The notes under the pieces: generated by a model
Told to the model about the DNA's origin: nothing
The model's database searches: none
Seen by the model: only the letters and a program-made list of their open reading frames with translations
Position numbers and translations under genes: made by a program
Part shown: positions 33,997 to 42,801 of the stretch, one piece after another
How positions within the stretch are numbered: position 1 is the stretch's first letter
How the letters are laid out: each line of letters starts with the position of its first letter
Source of the DNA: a virus
Direction: 5' to 3' (one strand)
DNA length: 64,000 nt
Virus record (IMG/VR): IMGVR_UViG_3300018080_000165
Location: 1 to 64,000 of that record

Positions 33997-34965
33997 CTAA
34001 TCCTCGTCCATCTCCGCGCCTTCGCTCAGACGGCCACGAATGACCTTCTTTGCTTCCTTACTCTTTAGCGGAGCGTAGTATTTCTTGAACCTCTTCGTGA
34101 GATTCGGCAGTTTCTTTTCGTCGGCCTTTGCCGGACTCTTCTTTTCCGGCCAGAAAGTGTAGGCCACATTCCGCCGTTCCCCGGTTCGGCTGACTTCAAC
34201 GAGCCACAGAGGCAGCTTGTCCTTTTTCTTCTTGCGGATCATCTGAATCTGTTTGTGCCGCGCTTCGTTGACTTCGTAGAATCTCGAATTCATCCTCACG
34301 ACTTTCTTCGTCGCTCTCGAACGATATTTAGTGAAGTCAACGACTTCGTACAGGAAGACGACGGAACGAGGGATATTCTGTTGACAGAACAGACACGAGT
34401 CTTTTTCCGAACAAGTGTACTTCGGAAAGACAGCCTTTCCCCCTCTGCTGCGAGACGGAACCGTGTGCATGAACAGCATGGCAATCGGTTCGTTGCTGCG
34501 AAAGCGGAAAGTCTTCTTGTCCTCCTTCTCGGTGAGATAGGTCACAGGACGAAAACTTGCAGCGACTTCTTTCTGATGTGTTTTTAGGCGGCGATCCGCC
34601 TTCTTCCCACGATGATACCAACCTTCATCGTCGTCTTCCTTGTCTTCGTCCTCACTTTCCTCATCCTCATCCTCATCCTCTTCGTCTTCCTCATCCTCCT
34701 CATCTTCGTCTTCTTCGTCTTCCTCATCCTCGTCCTCTTCCTCTTCATCCTCCTCGTCTTCTTCATCCTCCTCTTCGTCCTCTTCCTCTTCTTCGTCTTC
34801 CTCCTCTTCGTCCTCTTCGTCCTCTTCATCTTCTTCAACTTCAACTTCTTCGTCGTCGTCTTCTTCCTCTTCGTCCTCTTCATCTTCGACAGGACGAGCA
34901 GCCTTGCGCTTCTTTTTCTTCGTCTTTTTCCGTGACTTCTTACTTCGGCGAGTCCTTTTTGCCAT
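33997..34965 (-). CDS. gp32-like ssDNA-binding protein with basic N-terminus and ~85-aa Asp/Glu tract
   Basis: KTFRF...MHTV...YTC...CLFC Zn motif, VSRTG...TF; AAGGAG RBS; replication context. Confidence 0.65.
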   Translation of the reverse strand: MAKRTRRSKKSRKKTKKKKRKAARPVEDEEDEEEEDDDEEVEVEEDEEDEEDEEEEDEEEEEDEEEDEEDEEDEEEEDEDEEDEEDEDEEDEEDEEDEDEDEESEDEDKEDDDEGWYHRGKKADRRLKTHQKEVAASFRPVTYLTEKEDKKTFRFRSNEPIAMLFMHTVPSRSRGGKAVFPKYTCSEKDSCLFCQQNIPRSVVFLYEVVDFTKYRSRATKKVVRMNSRFYEVNEARHKQIQMIRKKKKDKLPLWLVEVSRTGERRNVAYTFWPEKKSPAKADEKKLPNLTKRFKKYYAPLKSKEAKKVIRGRLSEGAEMDED

Positions 34966-35128
34966 GACTGCGTGCTCCTTTCTCTCTGTATGCCTCGACA
35001 ATCTCCCGCAACGTTCTTGCCACTGACGGCCTTCCCCCGTCCCGTTTGGCCCGTTCCTTCGCTTCACGCTTCAGAAAAGCAAACTGTTCCTTGCTGAACT
35101 GACCCATGTAGCGGATAAAAGCGGACAC
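34940..35128 (-). CDS. Ribbon-helix-helix regulator-like protein
   Basis: QFSKEQFAFLKREA...SVARTLREIV. Confidence 0.55.
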   Translation of the reverse strand: MSAFIRYMGQFSKEQFAFLKREAKERAKRDGGRPSVARTLREIVEAYREKGARSHGKKDSPK

Positions 35129-35162
35129 ACTTCCCCCTTCCTGCCGACGTAAGCCAGTCCAC

Positions 35163-35190
35163 ACTATAGCAGACTGATAGCGTGCTGCAA
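35163..35190 (-). promoter_or_regulatory. Promoter TTGCAG-N16-TATAGT (extended -10 TG)
   Basis: Same architecture as the promoter at 19366-19393. Confidence 0.55.
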
Positions 35191-35209
35191 GCAGTAAAAA
35201 CATATTCTC

Positions 35210-36163
35210 CTAAACTCCTAGCCAGTTGGAACTTGTGAGGGCTTTAATGATCTGGAGATGGCTGCAAGAGCCAGGGTCTTCTTCCGGCCAGCGAACGTGC
35301 TTCAGGGGGCAGGAGCTACCCAATGTCATTTCCAGTATCGTCGTTCCCTCGTTGCCGTCCTCGTCATTGTCCAGTCCACCAACGAACGGTCCACCGATCT
35401 CCCGCAACTGTTTAACTTGGGCCTTTGAAACTTTGCAGTTCCCCAACCCGACGCCCAACATCCGGGTCTGCTTGTACGTCTGACTCACTCGTATGGCATC
35501 GATTTCGCCCTCCACAATGACGTAGGCCAACGGTTCGTATCTCTGCCACTTCATGTGGCCAAAAAAGAGATGGTTGCTTTTCTTCAGCCCGAAGTATGGC
35601 ATGTATCGTGGGATGCCGCTTTTGTTCACAATCGATCTTCCAGTGCATCCATAGAAATTCCCATCCGAATCATACCACGGAAACATCACACGATACTGTT
35701 CAAGATCGTAGCCAATCTCGTGAAAAGTCTTGGTTAGTGTACCGGATTTTCGGTACAACACCCCACGCTGCCGAAGGTACGCATGAGCGAGTTCGAGATT
35801 CTCTCTTGACGTGAAGGGCGCATATCTCGAAGGCAAGACGATCTCGATTTGCTTCTTGTCTTTGCACGCGAAAAGAAGATTCTCCCTGTCAGTGAGTTCT
35901 ATCCCGTACTCACCAAAGTCCTCTATGAACTCAAGCGCCTTCTCAAGAGTGAACTTCTTCAGTCGAGCTACGAGCGTGAGGAGCGTGCCGGAAGCCCTGC
36001 ACCCGTAGCAATTGAATATCAGTTTCTCCGTGCTCACGCCGAACGAAGGACGATGCTCGTCATGGAAGGGACAAAGGCCGGTTATCTCGTTCCCCCTTGA
36101 AGTCATCTTCAGCCGCTCGATCTTCAACGTGTCCAACAAAAACATGAGTTCGTCACTTTCCAT
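35210..36163 (-). CDS. dnaG: DNA primase (CHC2 Zn finger + TOPRIM)
   Basis: CPFHDEHRPSF...CYGC; IVEGEIDA; LDNDEDG. Confidence 0.92.
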   Translation of the reverse strand: MESDELMFLLDTLKIERLKMTSRGNEITGLCPFHDEHRPSFGVSTEKLIFNCYGCRASGTLLTLVARLKKFTLEKALEFIEDFGEYGIELTDRENLLFACKDKKQIEIVLPSRYAPFTSRENLELAHAYLRQRGVLYRKSGTLTKTFHEIGYDLEQYRVMFPWYDSDGNFYGCTGRSIVNKSGIPRYMPYFGLKKSNHLFFGHMKWQRYEPLAYVIVEGEIDAIRVSQTYKQTRMLGVGLGNCKVSKAQVKQLREIGGPFVGGLDNDEDGNEGTTILEMTLGSSCPLKHVRWPEEDPGSCSHLQIIKALTSSNWLGV

Positions 36164-36173
36164 CACGTTCTCC

Positions 36174-36614
36174 TCAAAACGAATTAGAGGCTTCCCCATG
36201 TTTAGCGTGCCATTGACTATGGTGTGCAACACAAAGCCATCTTACGTTAAGTGGTTTAGCGTAATCGTCGTGATGTGCATGAACTTTTTTTGATCCACAA
36301 ATTACACACGGTTGACGAGATAACTTCCCATTTTTAATAGCACGAAAAACAATGCATGTAGCCTTATTCTTATTCGGATAGCGTATTACATACTTTTTAC
36401 CGTAATCTGGCGATTGTCTATTTCCCCGTTTTCTATCGAACGCCCGATAATACTCAATCCGTTTAAGTCTGTTTGCTTTAACATCTTTTTTCGTACATTT
36501 CTTACACTTATTCACACACCCGTCGCGCATTTCTCTGTGCGCATAAAAATCACACAGCTTTTGTCGCTTCCCACACTTGAAACATATTTTCGTTTTTTTC
36601 GTTTTTTTCTTCAT
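36174..36614 (-). CDS. HNH-type endonuclease (AT-rich, probably mobile)
   Basis: CFKC...CKKC; PCVICG...HAHHDDYAKPLNVRWLCVAHH. Confidence 0.75.
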   Translation of the reverse strand: MKKKTKKTKICFKCGKRQKLCDFYAHREMRDGCVNKCKKCTKKDVKANRLKRIEYYRAFDRKRGNRQSPDYGKKYVIRYPNKNKATCIVFRAIKNGKLSRQPCVICGSKKVHAHHDDYAKPLNVRWLCVAHHSQWHAKHGEASNSF

Positions 36615-36653
36615 CTCAACACCTCCTGCCTTTCTATGTACAAAAGTATTTTC

Positions 36654-37475
36654 TCAGAAAGGAGCTACGTCGTCCGGTTTTTTCGCCAACAGTTCGGGAA
36701 ACTCCTTGAATCCCTTCGGCCTAGTGTATGAGTACACAGGAAACGAATGCACAGGAAACGACACGTCCTCGAATCGAACTTCAGCACCTTCCACAACACG
36801 ATTCGGAGATTTCACAACATACTCATCCCATTCTGCTATATCGAAACACAAGTCCTCCACAAACGCTTGAAAAGGCGCGTCTCTCAGCTTCTCCAGAAAA
36901 CGGTGTCCGATCTGAATCACTTTATACTCCTCTCCCTTTTCATTGCGCCAAGTCTGATACTCCCGATAATAGCACGTATCCGGCTCCTCTCGGCAAATAC
37001 GGTCTATGATCGTCCAATGAATGATGTCCAAGCACTTGACGCTGGCTAGGACTCTCTCGATCATGTGCCGGACGTTCTTGGACTCTTTCACCAAATTGAG
37101 AGCCGTGTACGTCCACAGGTAGTACACCACCTGATAGTTCTCCCCCTCGTAAGCATGTTCCTTTACGAGTTCTTCGTACAAGTCGAATTGCATACTGGAC
37201 AACTTGAAACAATGACTTCTCTGTGCCGCTTTGCTTTCGATATACGTCCTAGTGCCGCTGTTGAGAAGATCGGGACAAAGGTCGTTGTCCGAATCCGTGG
37301 TCAGACGCTTCCACCGGTTTCCGCCGATCACAAGAGACAGGCGTTCGAAAATCTCCCCCGTAAGCTGCGCCGCGAACTGAGGCTTATTCACTTTGTTCCT
37401 CAACGTGATTCCAGGAAACAGATATGACCCATCCGCGTCACGTTTCCTGTAACGCCGCGTCACTCGTATGTTCAT
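36654..37475 (-). CDS. Restriction-endonuclease-like PD-(D/E)xK protein; ends PDDVAPF
   Basis: GEIFE...CPDL...YIESKA. Confidence 0.6.
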   Translation of the reverse strand: MNIRVTRRYRKRDADGSYLFPGITLRNKVNKPQFAAQLTGEIFERLSLVIGGNRWKRLTTDSDNDLCPDLLNSGTRTYIESKAAQRSHCFKLSSMQFDLYEELVKEHAYEGENYQVVYYLWTYTALNLVKESKNVRHMIERVLASVKCLDIIHWTIIDRICREEPDTCYYREYQTWRNEKGEEYKVIQIGHRFLEKLRDAPFQAFVEDLCFDIAEWDEYVVKSPNRVVEGAEVRFEDVSFPVHSFPVYSYTRPKGFKEFPELLAKKPDDVAPF

Positions 37476-37478
37476 GGC

Positions 37479-38753
37479 TCACTCCATGATTTTGCGCATC
37501 TTGAACATCTTCCCTTTCTTCCCGCCCCGTGCTGCCCCTATTTCGCCAAGGTCAACAGGCTTCATGTTCATGTTGATGTGAACTTCCCCGTACTGCGTGT
37601 TCCTTCCCTTGATGATCTTGAGCACTCTAAACGGCCTATCTCTTCCTTCAGGCGCGATTAGTTCCAACACGATGTCCGATTCCTGTCCCACGGTATCGGA
37701 CCAAGAAAGCGTTGCCACGCCGCCGCCTTTCTTCTTCCCTTCGGCTTGACGGTTCAACTGAACGGTTTGTAGGAAGAGAACTTTCCTAGCTTTCGCAATG
37801 CGCTTCGCTGTTCGAACGACCTTTATCAAGCGTTGGACTTCATCCCGAACGCCCGTGACTTCGTAGTGATAGATTCCGTCCACGAGAACAACATCGGGAC
37901 CAAAGTTGTCGATCTCCCGCACAAGGCTGTCCAATCCTTGCGCCTCTATACTTTCTTCCCCGACGATCTGAATGACACCGCTGCACTTCTTCCTTGCCCG
38001 CAAACGCTTCTTGTATCGCTTTCTCTGGACGGGCTTCAAGGAACCACTCAGGAAATCCGTCCAGTTTAGTCTCGCGTCTATCGCGTCCAAACGATCCTCA
38101 AACTCTTGTTCGGACATTTCCTTTGTGATAATCAGCACCTTCGCCCCGCTCCAAAAGTAATGCAGCGCGAACTTCAACAAGAGCCAACTCTTTCCGATGC
38201 CGAGACGTGCCGCTATCGTGATAAGATTTTCAGGTCGAAGAGATATGATGTACTTGTTCAATTTCGGATACGGTGTATCAAAAACATCTCCGCTCATAAG
38301 CTGCTTCCTTCGTCGCACCACGGCGTTCTTGTAGCGCAACGTTCCTTTTTTCTTCCAATCGAGCGCCTTTGACGACGTGTGCAATGCCGTTGTTTCCAAC
38401 CCTATCCGCAATTCGGAAATCGCTTTCGATACATCGCCTTGATCGATCAAAGGCGATATGTTTTTGCTGAGTTCCTTCAAGCGAATCAGGTTCTCACGCT
38501 CGACTAGTTGATCGCAGTAATACTCCATCCCTTCCTTCGTAGTGACAATCTTGAAGTCCTTGAACTTCCGCTTGAACGCGGCCTTGCTAGGCGGCTTGCC
38601 GTACTTCTCTTCGAAGTCTTGCAGAAAATTGAAATGCGCCGTGTACGTGTGGAACATGTCGCTCACGAATCCATACGCAGCAAACTTCGCTCTCGTTGCC
38701 TTGTTTCCGCGAAGCCAACGCGAGAGCACAAGGCGTTCAATGTTGACAGCCAC
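37479..38753 (-). CDS. dnaB: DnaB-like replicative helicase
   Basis: AARLGIGKS, TKEMS, VLVDG, QLNR, SD...QESD, KGR. Confidence 0.92.
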   Translation of the reverse strand: MAVNIERLVLSRWLRGNKATRAKFAAYGFVSDMFHTYTAHFNFLQDFEEKYGKPPSKAAFKRKFKDFKIVTTKEGMEYYCDQLVERENLIRLKELSKNISPLIDQGDVSKAISELRIGLETTALHTSSKALDWKKKGTLRYKNAVVRRRKQLMSGDVFDTPYPKLNKYIISLRPENLITIAARLGIGKSWLLLKFALHYFWSGAKVLIITKEMSEQEFEDRLDAIDARLNWTDFLSGSLKPVQRKRYKKRLRARKKCSGVIQIVGEESIEAQGLDSLVREIDNFGPDVVLVDGIYHYEVTGVRDEVQRLIKVVRTAKRIAKARKVLFLQTVQLNRQAEGKKKGGGVATLSWSDTVGQESDIVLELIAPEGRDRPFRVLKIIKGRNTQYGEVHINMNMKPVDLGEIGAARGGKKGKMFKMRKIME

Positions 38754-38764
38754 GCGGTTTCCTC

Positions 38765-39439
38765 CTATCCCAACGGCAGCTTCCACCGGATTGTCGTTTT
38801 CTTGTGCTTGAAGTTCACGATCACTTTCCTCATCGCCTTCCAGAAGGCTTCCCACTCGTCTTCTCTTCCGCGATTGTACATGATGGCGGCAGGATGAAGG
38901 GACTTCACAAAGCTAACGCCGCCGATCTTCAGATTCGCGGGAATGTGAGTCAGCGCAAAAACGCTTTCTGTCGCGCTGTTCCCTAGAAGAATCACGAGTC
39001 GAGGACGCGCGGCCCTCAGGATGCTTTGAAGCCGTGGCCTGCAATTCTCCAACTCTTTCGACGTGGGTCGTCTGTTCTTCACTCGGTTGAAGTCGTTGCA
39101 CGGGCGGCATCCGAGCGCATTAGTTATAAAGCAGTTCGAGTTCTTTCCCTTGTACCGGAGTTTGGCTCTTCGCATCGCGTTGTCGAGATTTTCTCCACAC
39201 TCCCCGACAAACGGGACGCCTTCCTCGTCTTCCACTCTCCCCGGCGCTTCGCCAACCAAGACGATGCCGCTATCCAGTTTTCCTTTCCCCCAAACCATGT
39301 TGGTCCGGTAAGCGGAAAACTCGCATTTCATACAACGACGCCACTTGTTTTGAACATCACACAACTTCTCAAAAGATGATTTCTTCTCGTATTGAATTGA
39401 AGACAGACAGCCAATCCCCTTCAGGGTACTCGTAGACAT
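38765..39439 (-). CDS. Family-4 uracil-DNA glycosylase (start uncertain)
   Basis: CMKC, VGEAPGRVED..G.PFVG, TNALGCRP, NRRP..E...C, LLG, HPAA. Confidence 0.9.
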   Translation of the reverse strand: MSTSTLKGIGCLSSIQYEKKSSFEKLCDVQNKWRRCMKCEFSAYRTNMVWGKGKLDSGIVLVGEAPGRVEDEEGVPFVGECGENLDNAMRRAKLRYKGKNSNCFITNALGCRPCNDFNRVKNRRPTSKELENCRPRLQSILRAARPRLVILLGNSATESVFALTHIPANLKIGGVSFVKSLHPAAIMYNRGREDEWEAFWKAMRKVIVNFKHKKTTIRWKLPLG

Positions 39440-39797
39440 CGTTGTATTCCCCTTTCCACAGTCGTTGCGGGATGTTGCTGTGAATGGTGTGAGGAAAGAA
39501 CCTGTCCCTGAACATTTCGAACTCGGCTTTACAAGACGTTCGAATCAGGTAGTTGTAACAAGCGGGTTCAATCACTTTCTCCGCGAGCTGAAGCCGCCAG
39601 ATTTCATAGTCACAAAGCAAACAAACCACGGCGACCTTTTTCAACTGAATCGCCATGTACTCCGCGTCTATGTTCGCCATGTCCAACGGACGTGCAAACG
39701 GTTTCATCACTTTCCATTTCGGCGGCGGCTTCAGCAACAAGACATCTACGTCGAGCGCGAAAAGCGGTAGAGACTCATTCGTCAGTGCCATCGTCAT
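39369..39797 (-). CDS. Hypothetical protein
   Basis: 142-aa ORF in the replication operon. Confidence 0.5.
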   Translation of the reverse strand: MTMALTNESLPLFALDVDVLLLKPPPKWKVMKPFARPLDMANIDAEYMAIQLKKVAVVCLLCDYEIWRLQLAEKVIEPACYNYLIRTSCKAEFEMFRDRFFPHTIHSNIPQRLWKGEYNDVYEYPEGDWLSVFNSIREEIIF

Positions 39798-40386
39798 CCC
39801 TCACTCGTTTCCGTTTCCACTTTGCCACTCGAATGCAATCAAGCGGCATGAAATTTTCTTCTAACAATCCCATTACACTGTCTCCAAAAGTCTTTTCAAT
39901 TTCAATATCGGTCATTCGCGTTGTTACGACTGTTGGAAGAACTTGCTTATCCCTGAATTTCAGCACGTCATAAAACGCTGCAACCATTCCATCGTTGATA
40001 GCATACTTATCCGCTTGATGCTCTAGCTTCAATCCATCAATAATGAGAAAATCTATTCCTAGGATTTCATCAAACGCTGTTTCATCGAAGTTGCCTGTGT
40101 CGAATTTCAAAGCTGTGAGTTCTGAAAGCGAAAGAAGCTGGACTTTGAATCCATAAGCCAAAGCAGACATGCCGATCAAGTTTGCAAGCAAGCTCTTTCC
40201 GCTTTGATCCGCTCCTTGAATCAAAAGTCCTTCGCCCTTTGAAGCCTTGGACTTCATGTACTTCATGTAGCTTCGAACAACCTTCCGTTCTTTTGAATTC
40301 CCGAGGAAGTTCTTCAACGACTTCCCAAGGAACTTTTTGCTGAAGCCGATTTGAAGCAACTGCGTTTCGGTCATTTCAACTTCCAT
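39775..40386 (-). CDS. DnaC/IstB-like helicase-loader ATPase
   Basis: GLLIQGADQSGKS, FLIIDGL, R...LPTVVTT; GGAGG RBS. Confidence 0.8.
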   Translation of the reverse strand: MEVEMTETQLLQIGFSKKFLGKSLKNFLGNSKERKVVRSYMKYMKSKASKGEGLLIQGADQSGKSLLANLIGMSALAYGFKVQLLSLSELTALKFDTGNFDETAFDEILGIDFLIIDGLKLEHQADKYAINDGMVAAFYDVLKFRDKQVLPTVVTTRMTDIEIEKTFGDSVMGLLEENFMPLDCIRVAKWKRKRVRDDDGTDE

Positions 40387-40444
40387 GTTGAATCCTCCCA
40401 AGAACGCGCGCACGCGCATAAAAGAAGACTTCAATGACATCCTC

Positions 40445-40547
40445 TGTTACGATAGTAACATAGGTGTCTCTATATATCACGAGCGAAGCGAGTGATATAT
40501 AGAGACATATTATAATAATTATATTGCGTATGCAGTGTACTAGTACA
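40445..40547. other. Candidate replication origin (16-bp perfect inverted repeat + AT-rich tract)
   Basis: tgtctctatatatcac-gagcgaagcga-gtgatatatagagaca (40465-40507), flanking palindromes; lies between the initiator-like and loader genes. Confidence 0.55.
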
Positions 40548-40554
40548 AGAAGGT

Positions 40555-41166
40555 CTACAGGCGAAGACAGATGTTGCTGCGCATTTTGAAAAATGTTTCG
40601 GCGTCGTATTCCTGTTTCATTCGAACGAAGTTGTCGGCAAAGAACTCCAACATCAATTTTGTTTTCTTCCCCCCGAACTCCGTAAGCACTTTTCGAAGCA
40701 ACGACAAGTGCCTTGTGTTGTCCGATTTCTTGCGCTTGCATTTCTGATCCTTTCGCCTACCTAGAAGATCGAAGTAGTGCATCGCGTCCCTTGGTTGCCA
40801 ATCTCGTGGATTTGAAGTCAAAGACTCCACGACATCGGGATTCTTCGATTCGACAGCCGCAAAGCGCCAAATCCAAGGCTTGACTTGTGTCTCTCGCTTC
40901 AATCCATTCAACCTCAACAACTTCTTCAGCCGCAACTTGTAGACGACCCGGTTTCCTTCCCCGGCGGATTTCCTCAGCACGCCCATTTCGACCAACTCGC
41001 TCAAATGCTTTTGTATCGTTGATCGAGATGTGTTCCTTATCCGCTTTAGCTCATTCAACGAAGGCAGTTTTCCTCTGTCGAAGTGCAAAAGCATTTCCGT
41101 CAGCGTAACTTTGGCTCCGTCGCTCAGGCCGGGACACCTACACACCAAGGCGATGTAGGTTTCCAC
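40555..41166 (-). CDS. wHTH replication-initiator-like protein
   Basis: LSDGAKV...PSLNEL...SRSTIQKHLSELVEMG; upstream of the loader. Confidence 0.65.
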   Translation of the reverse strand: METYIALVCRCPGLSDGAKVTLTEMLLHFDRGKLPSLNELKRIRNTSRSTIQKHLSELVEMGVLRKSAGEGNRVVYKLRLKKLLRLNGLKRETQVKPWIWRFAAVESKNPDVVESLTSNPRDWQPRDAMHYFDLLGRRKDQKCKRKKSDNTRHLSLLRKVLTEFGGKKTKLMLEFFADNFVRMKQEYDAETFFKMRSNICLRL

Positions 41167-41181
41167 GATCCTTCTCCAAAG

Positions 41182-41439
41182 TTATCTCATTTGCCTCGCA
41201 AGTGCACGCAACGCTTTCTTCATGTCAGGCACTTCGACTTCAAGAACCTCGTCAACAGTTCTCTTCAGCTTCGCGACGGTCTGTTTGACGGATTCTCCTT
41301 TCGACGTGTCAATGGCGGCTTTCATTCCTGCCGTTGTTCCCATCGACTGGTATTCATGGCTCAACTTCACATCTTGCGAGAAAAACACTTCAACGATCTT
41401 TCCCGCCTTTTTCTTCGTCAGTTTCTTCTTTACTGTCAT
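41182..41439 (-). CDS. Hypothetical protein
   Basis: 85-aa ORF with RBS. Confidence 0.55.
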   Translation of the reverse strand: MTVKKKLTKKKAGKIVEVFFSQDVKLSHEYQSMGTTAGMKAAIDTSKGESVKQTVAKLKRTVDEVLEVEVPDMKKALRALARQMR

Positions 41440-41759
41440 GCCCTAATCTCCTTCTCCAGACGTTTCTTGAGCGCCTGTATTTCTGCAAAGACACGCTCTG
41501 TAAACTTGGTTTCGCCGAAGCCTTTGCCGGGTTTGACTTGTTCCTCTTCGGCTATGCGCTCGTAGATTTCAATTTCTCCTTCCGTGTACCAGCGCCAGCC
41601 GTCTTTCGTTTTGAGAATCGGTTTGGGAATAACTTTCTTCCATTCCCATCTCCGAATCGTTTGCGGCCCGCGATGCAACTTCATCCCCAAGTATCTAGGA
41701 GAGAATACAGCAACTTCCGCATCTCCAATGAAGACTTTCTTTGTCAATGCTTGTGCCAC
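41436..41759 (-). CDS. MerR-type HTH DNA-binding protein
   Basis: PQTIRRWE..VIP.P....GWRWYT; GGAGG RBS before GTG. Confidence 0.75.
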   Translation of the reverse strand: MAQALTKKVFIGDAEVAVFSPRYLGMKLHRGPQTIRRWEWKKVIPKPILKTKDGWRWYTEGEIEIYERIAEEEQVKPGKGFGETKFTERVFAEIQALKKRLEKEIRA

Positions 41760-41763
41760 TGGT

Positions 41764-42342
41764 CTACCTCCTACGTTCCGTGTACGACTTGAATGCCCGT
41801 ATCTCTTTGACGATCCTACGACGCCAGTAGTCGTTTTCGTAGGCTTCTTCCAGGTCCACTTTTCTATAGTCGGAAAAGAAGAAAAAAGGATAGGGATAGG
41901 CTGCTTCTTTATGGCCGGTTCCATACAACAATTCCGGGATTCCCCCGTCGTTGAAGAAGGCTTTATACACGTCATTTCCGCAAACAATTACCAGTTTGGC
42001 TTTCGTTAAAAAGAGGCTGGTAAATTCGAAACAATTCCTGGCGCATGTCACGGTCATTTTTGAGATGCAGAACGTGACCGGGACTTGTAAACCTTCATGC
42101 CTAGCATCGAACCCACCGACATCCAAAAGCGTATCGAGAAACCAATGGGCTTTGGATGAAAACATGATGTTGGCTTCGCACATATCGGGAATAGTTGGTG
42201 CGGGCATGAGCATGACAGTATCCGCGTCCAAGTAACCCTTTGGACTTGTCAGTCGCGGAGTTCCGTGAAACTTCTTTCCGCACAAAGTACATGCCAACAC
42301 TTTCTTCTTGAACTTCTTCAGGTTGATCTTACGTCTCGGCAT
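41764..42342 (-). CDS. Degenerate UDG-superfamily paralogue
   Basis: KKKVLACTLC...PKGYLDADTVMLMPAP...FC...NC...KLVIVCG; catalytic GEAP and HP motifs altered. Confidence 0.55.
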   Translation of the reverse strand: MPRRKINLKKFKKKVLACTLCGKKFHGTPRLTSPKGYLDADTVMLMPAPTIPDMCEANIMFSSKAHWFLDTLLDVGGFDARHEGLQVPVTFCISKMTVTCARNCFEFTSLFLTKAKLVIVCGNDVYKAFFNDGGIPELLYGTGHKEAAYPYPFFFFSDYRKVDLEEAYENDYWRRRIVKEIRAFKSYTERRR

Positions 42343-42787
42343 CGTTTTTCTCCACAAGAAAGGCTTCGCTCATTTTCGTGTCGTACATCTTGGCGATGTC
42401 GTCTTCGGTCAAATCGCCGTCCGCGAACAGCCCTTCAACCTTCTCTTCTTCGATGATGGTTATCCGTGTCTGCGCCTTTTCGAGAACGCCACGATGCTTG
42501 AGCACTCTTTCCGCTTTGTCTGGATTGAACGCTCCTCTTTCCCGCGTTTCGATTGACATTTTCACGGAGCCGGATCGGACGACAAGATGATTTTCGTCTT
42601 CCTGTTCGCCCAATTCTTTGATAACAGGCATGAATGTGTTTTTGATTGCTTCTTCGCGTTTTTTGTTGTCCTTGTCCGCTTGCTTGAGTCCCATATACTC
42701 AAGCCCTTCTACTTCAGCTTTGTAGAGAGCCACGTTCTTGTCCTCTTCCGTCACAAGGCTTAACGGTTTCGCTTTTGCCTTTGCCAT
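42329..42787 (-). CDS. Hypothetical coiled-coil phage protein
   Basis: AAGGAG RBS. Confidence 0.6.
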   Translation of the reverse strand: MAKAKAKPLSLVTEEDKNVALYKAEVEGLEYMGLKQADKDNKKREEAIKNTFMPVIKELGEQEDENHLVVRSGSVKMSIETRERGAFNPDKAERVLKHRGVLEKAQTRITIIEEEKVEGLFADGDLTEDDIAKMYDTKMSEAFLVEKNDAET

Positions 42788-42801
42788 TCGCCTCTCCTTT
42801 C

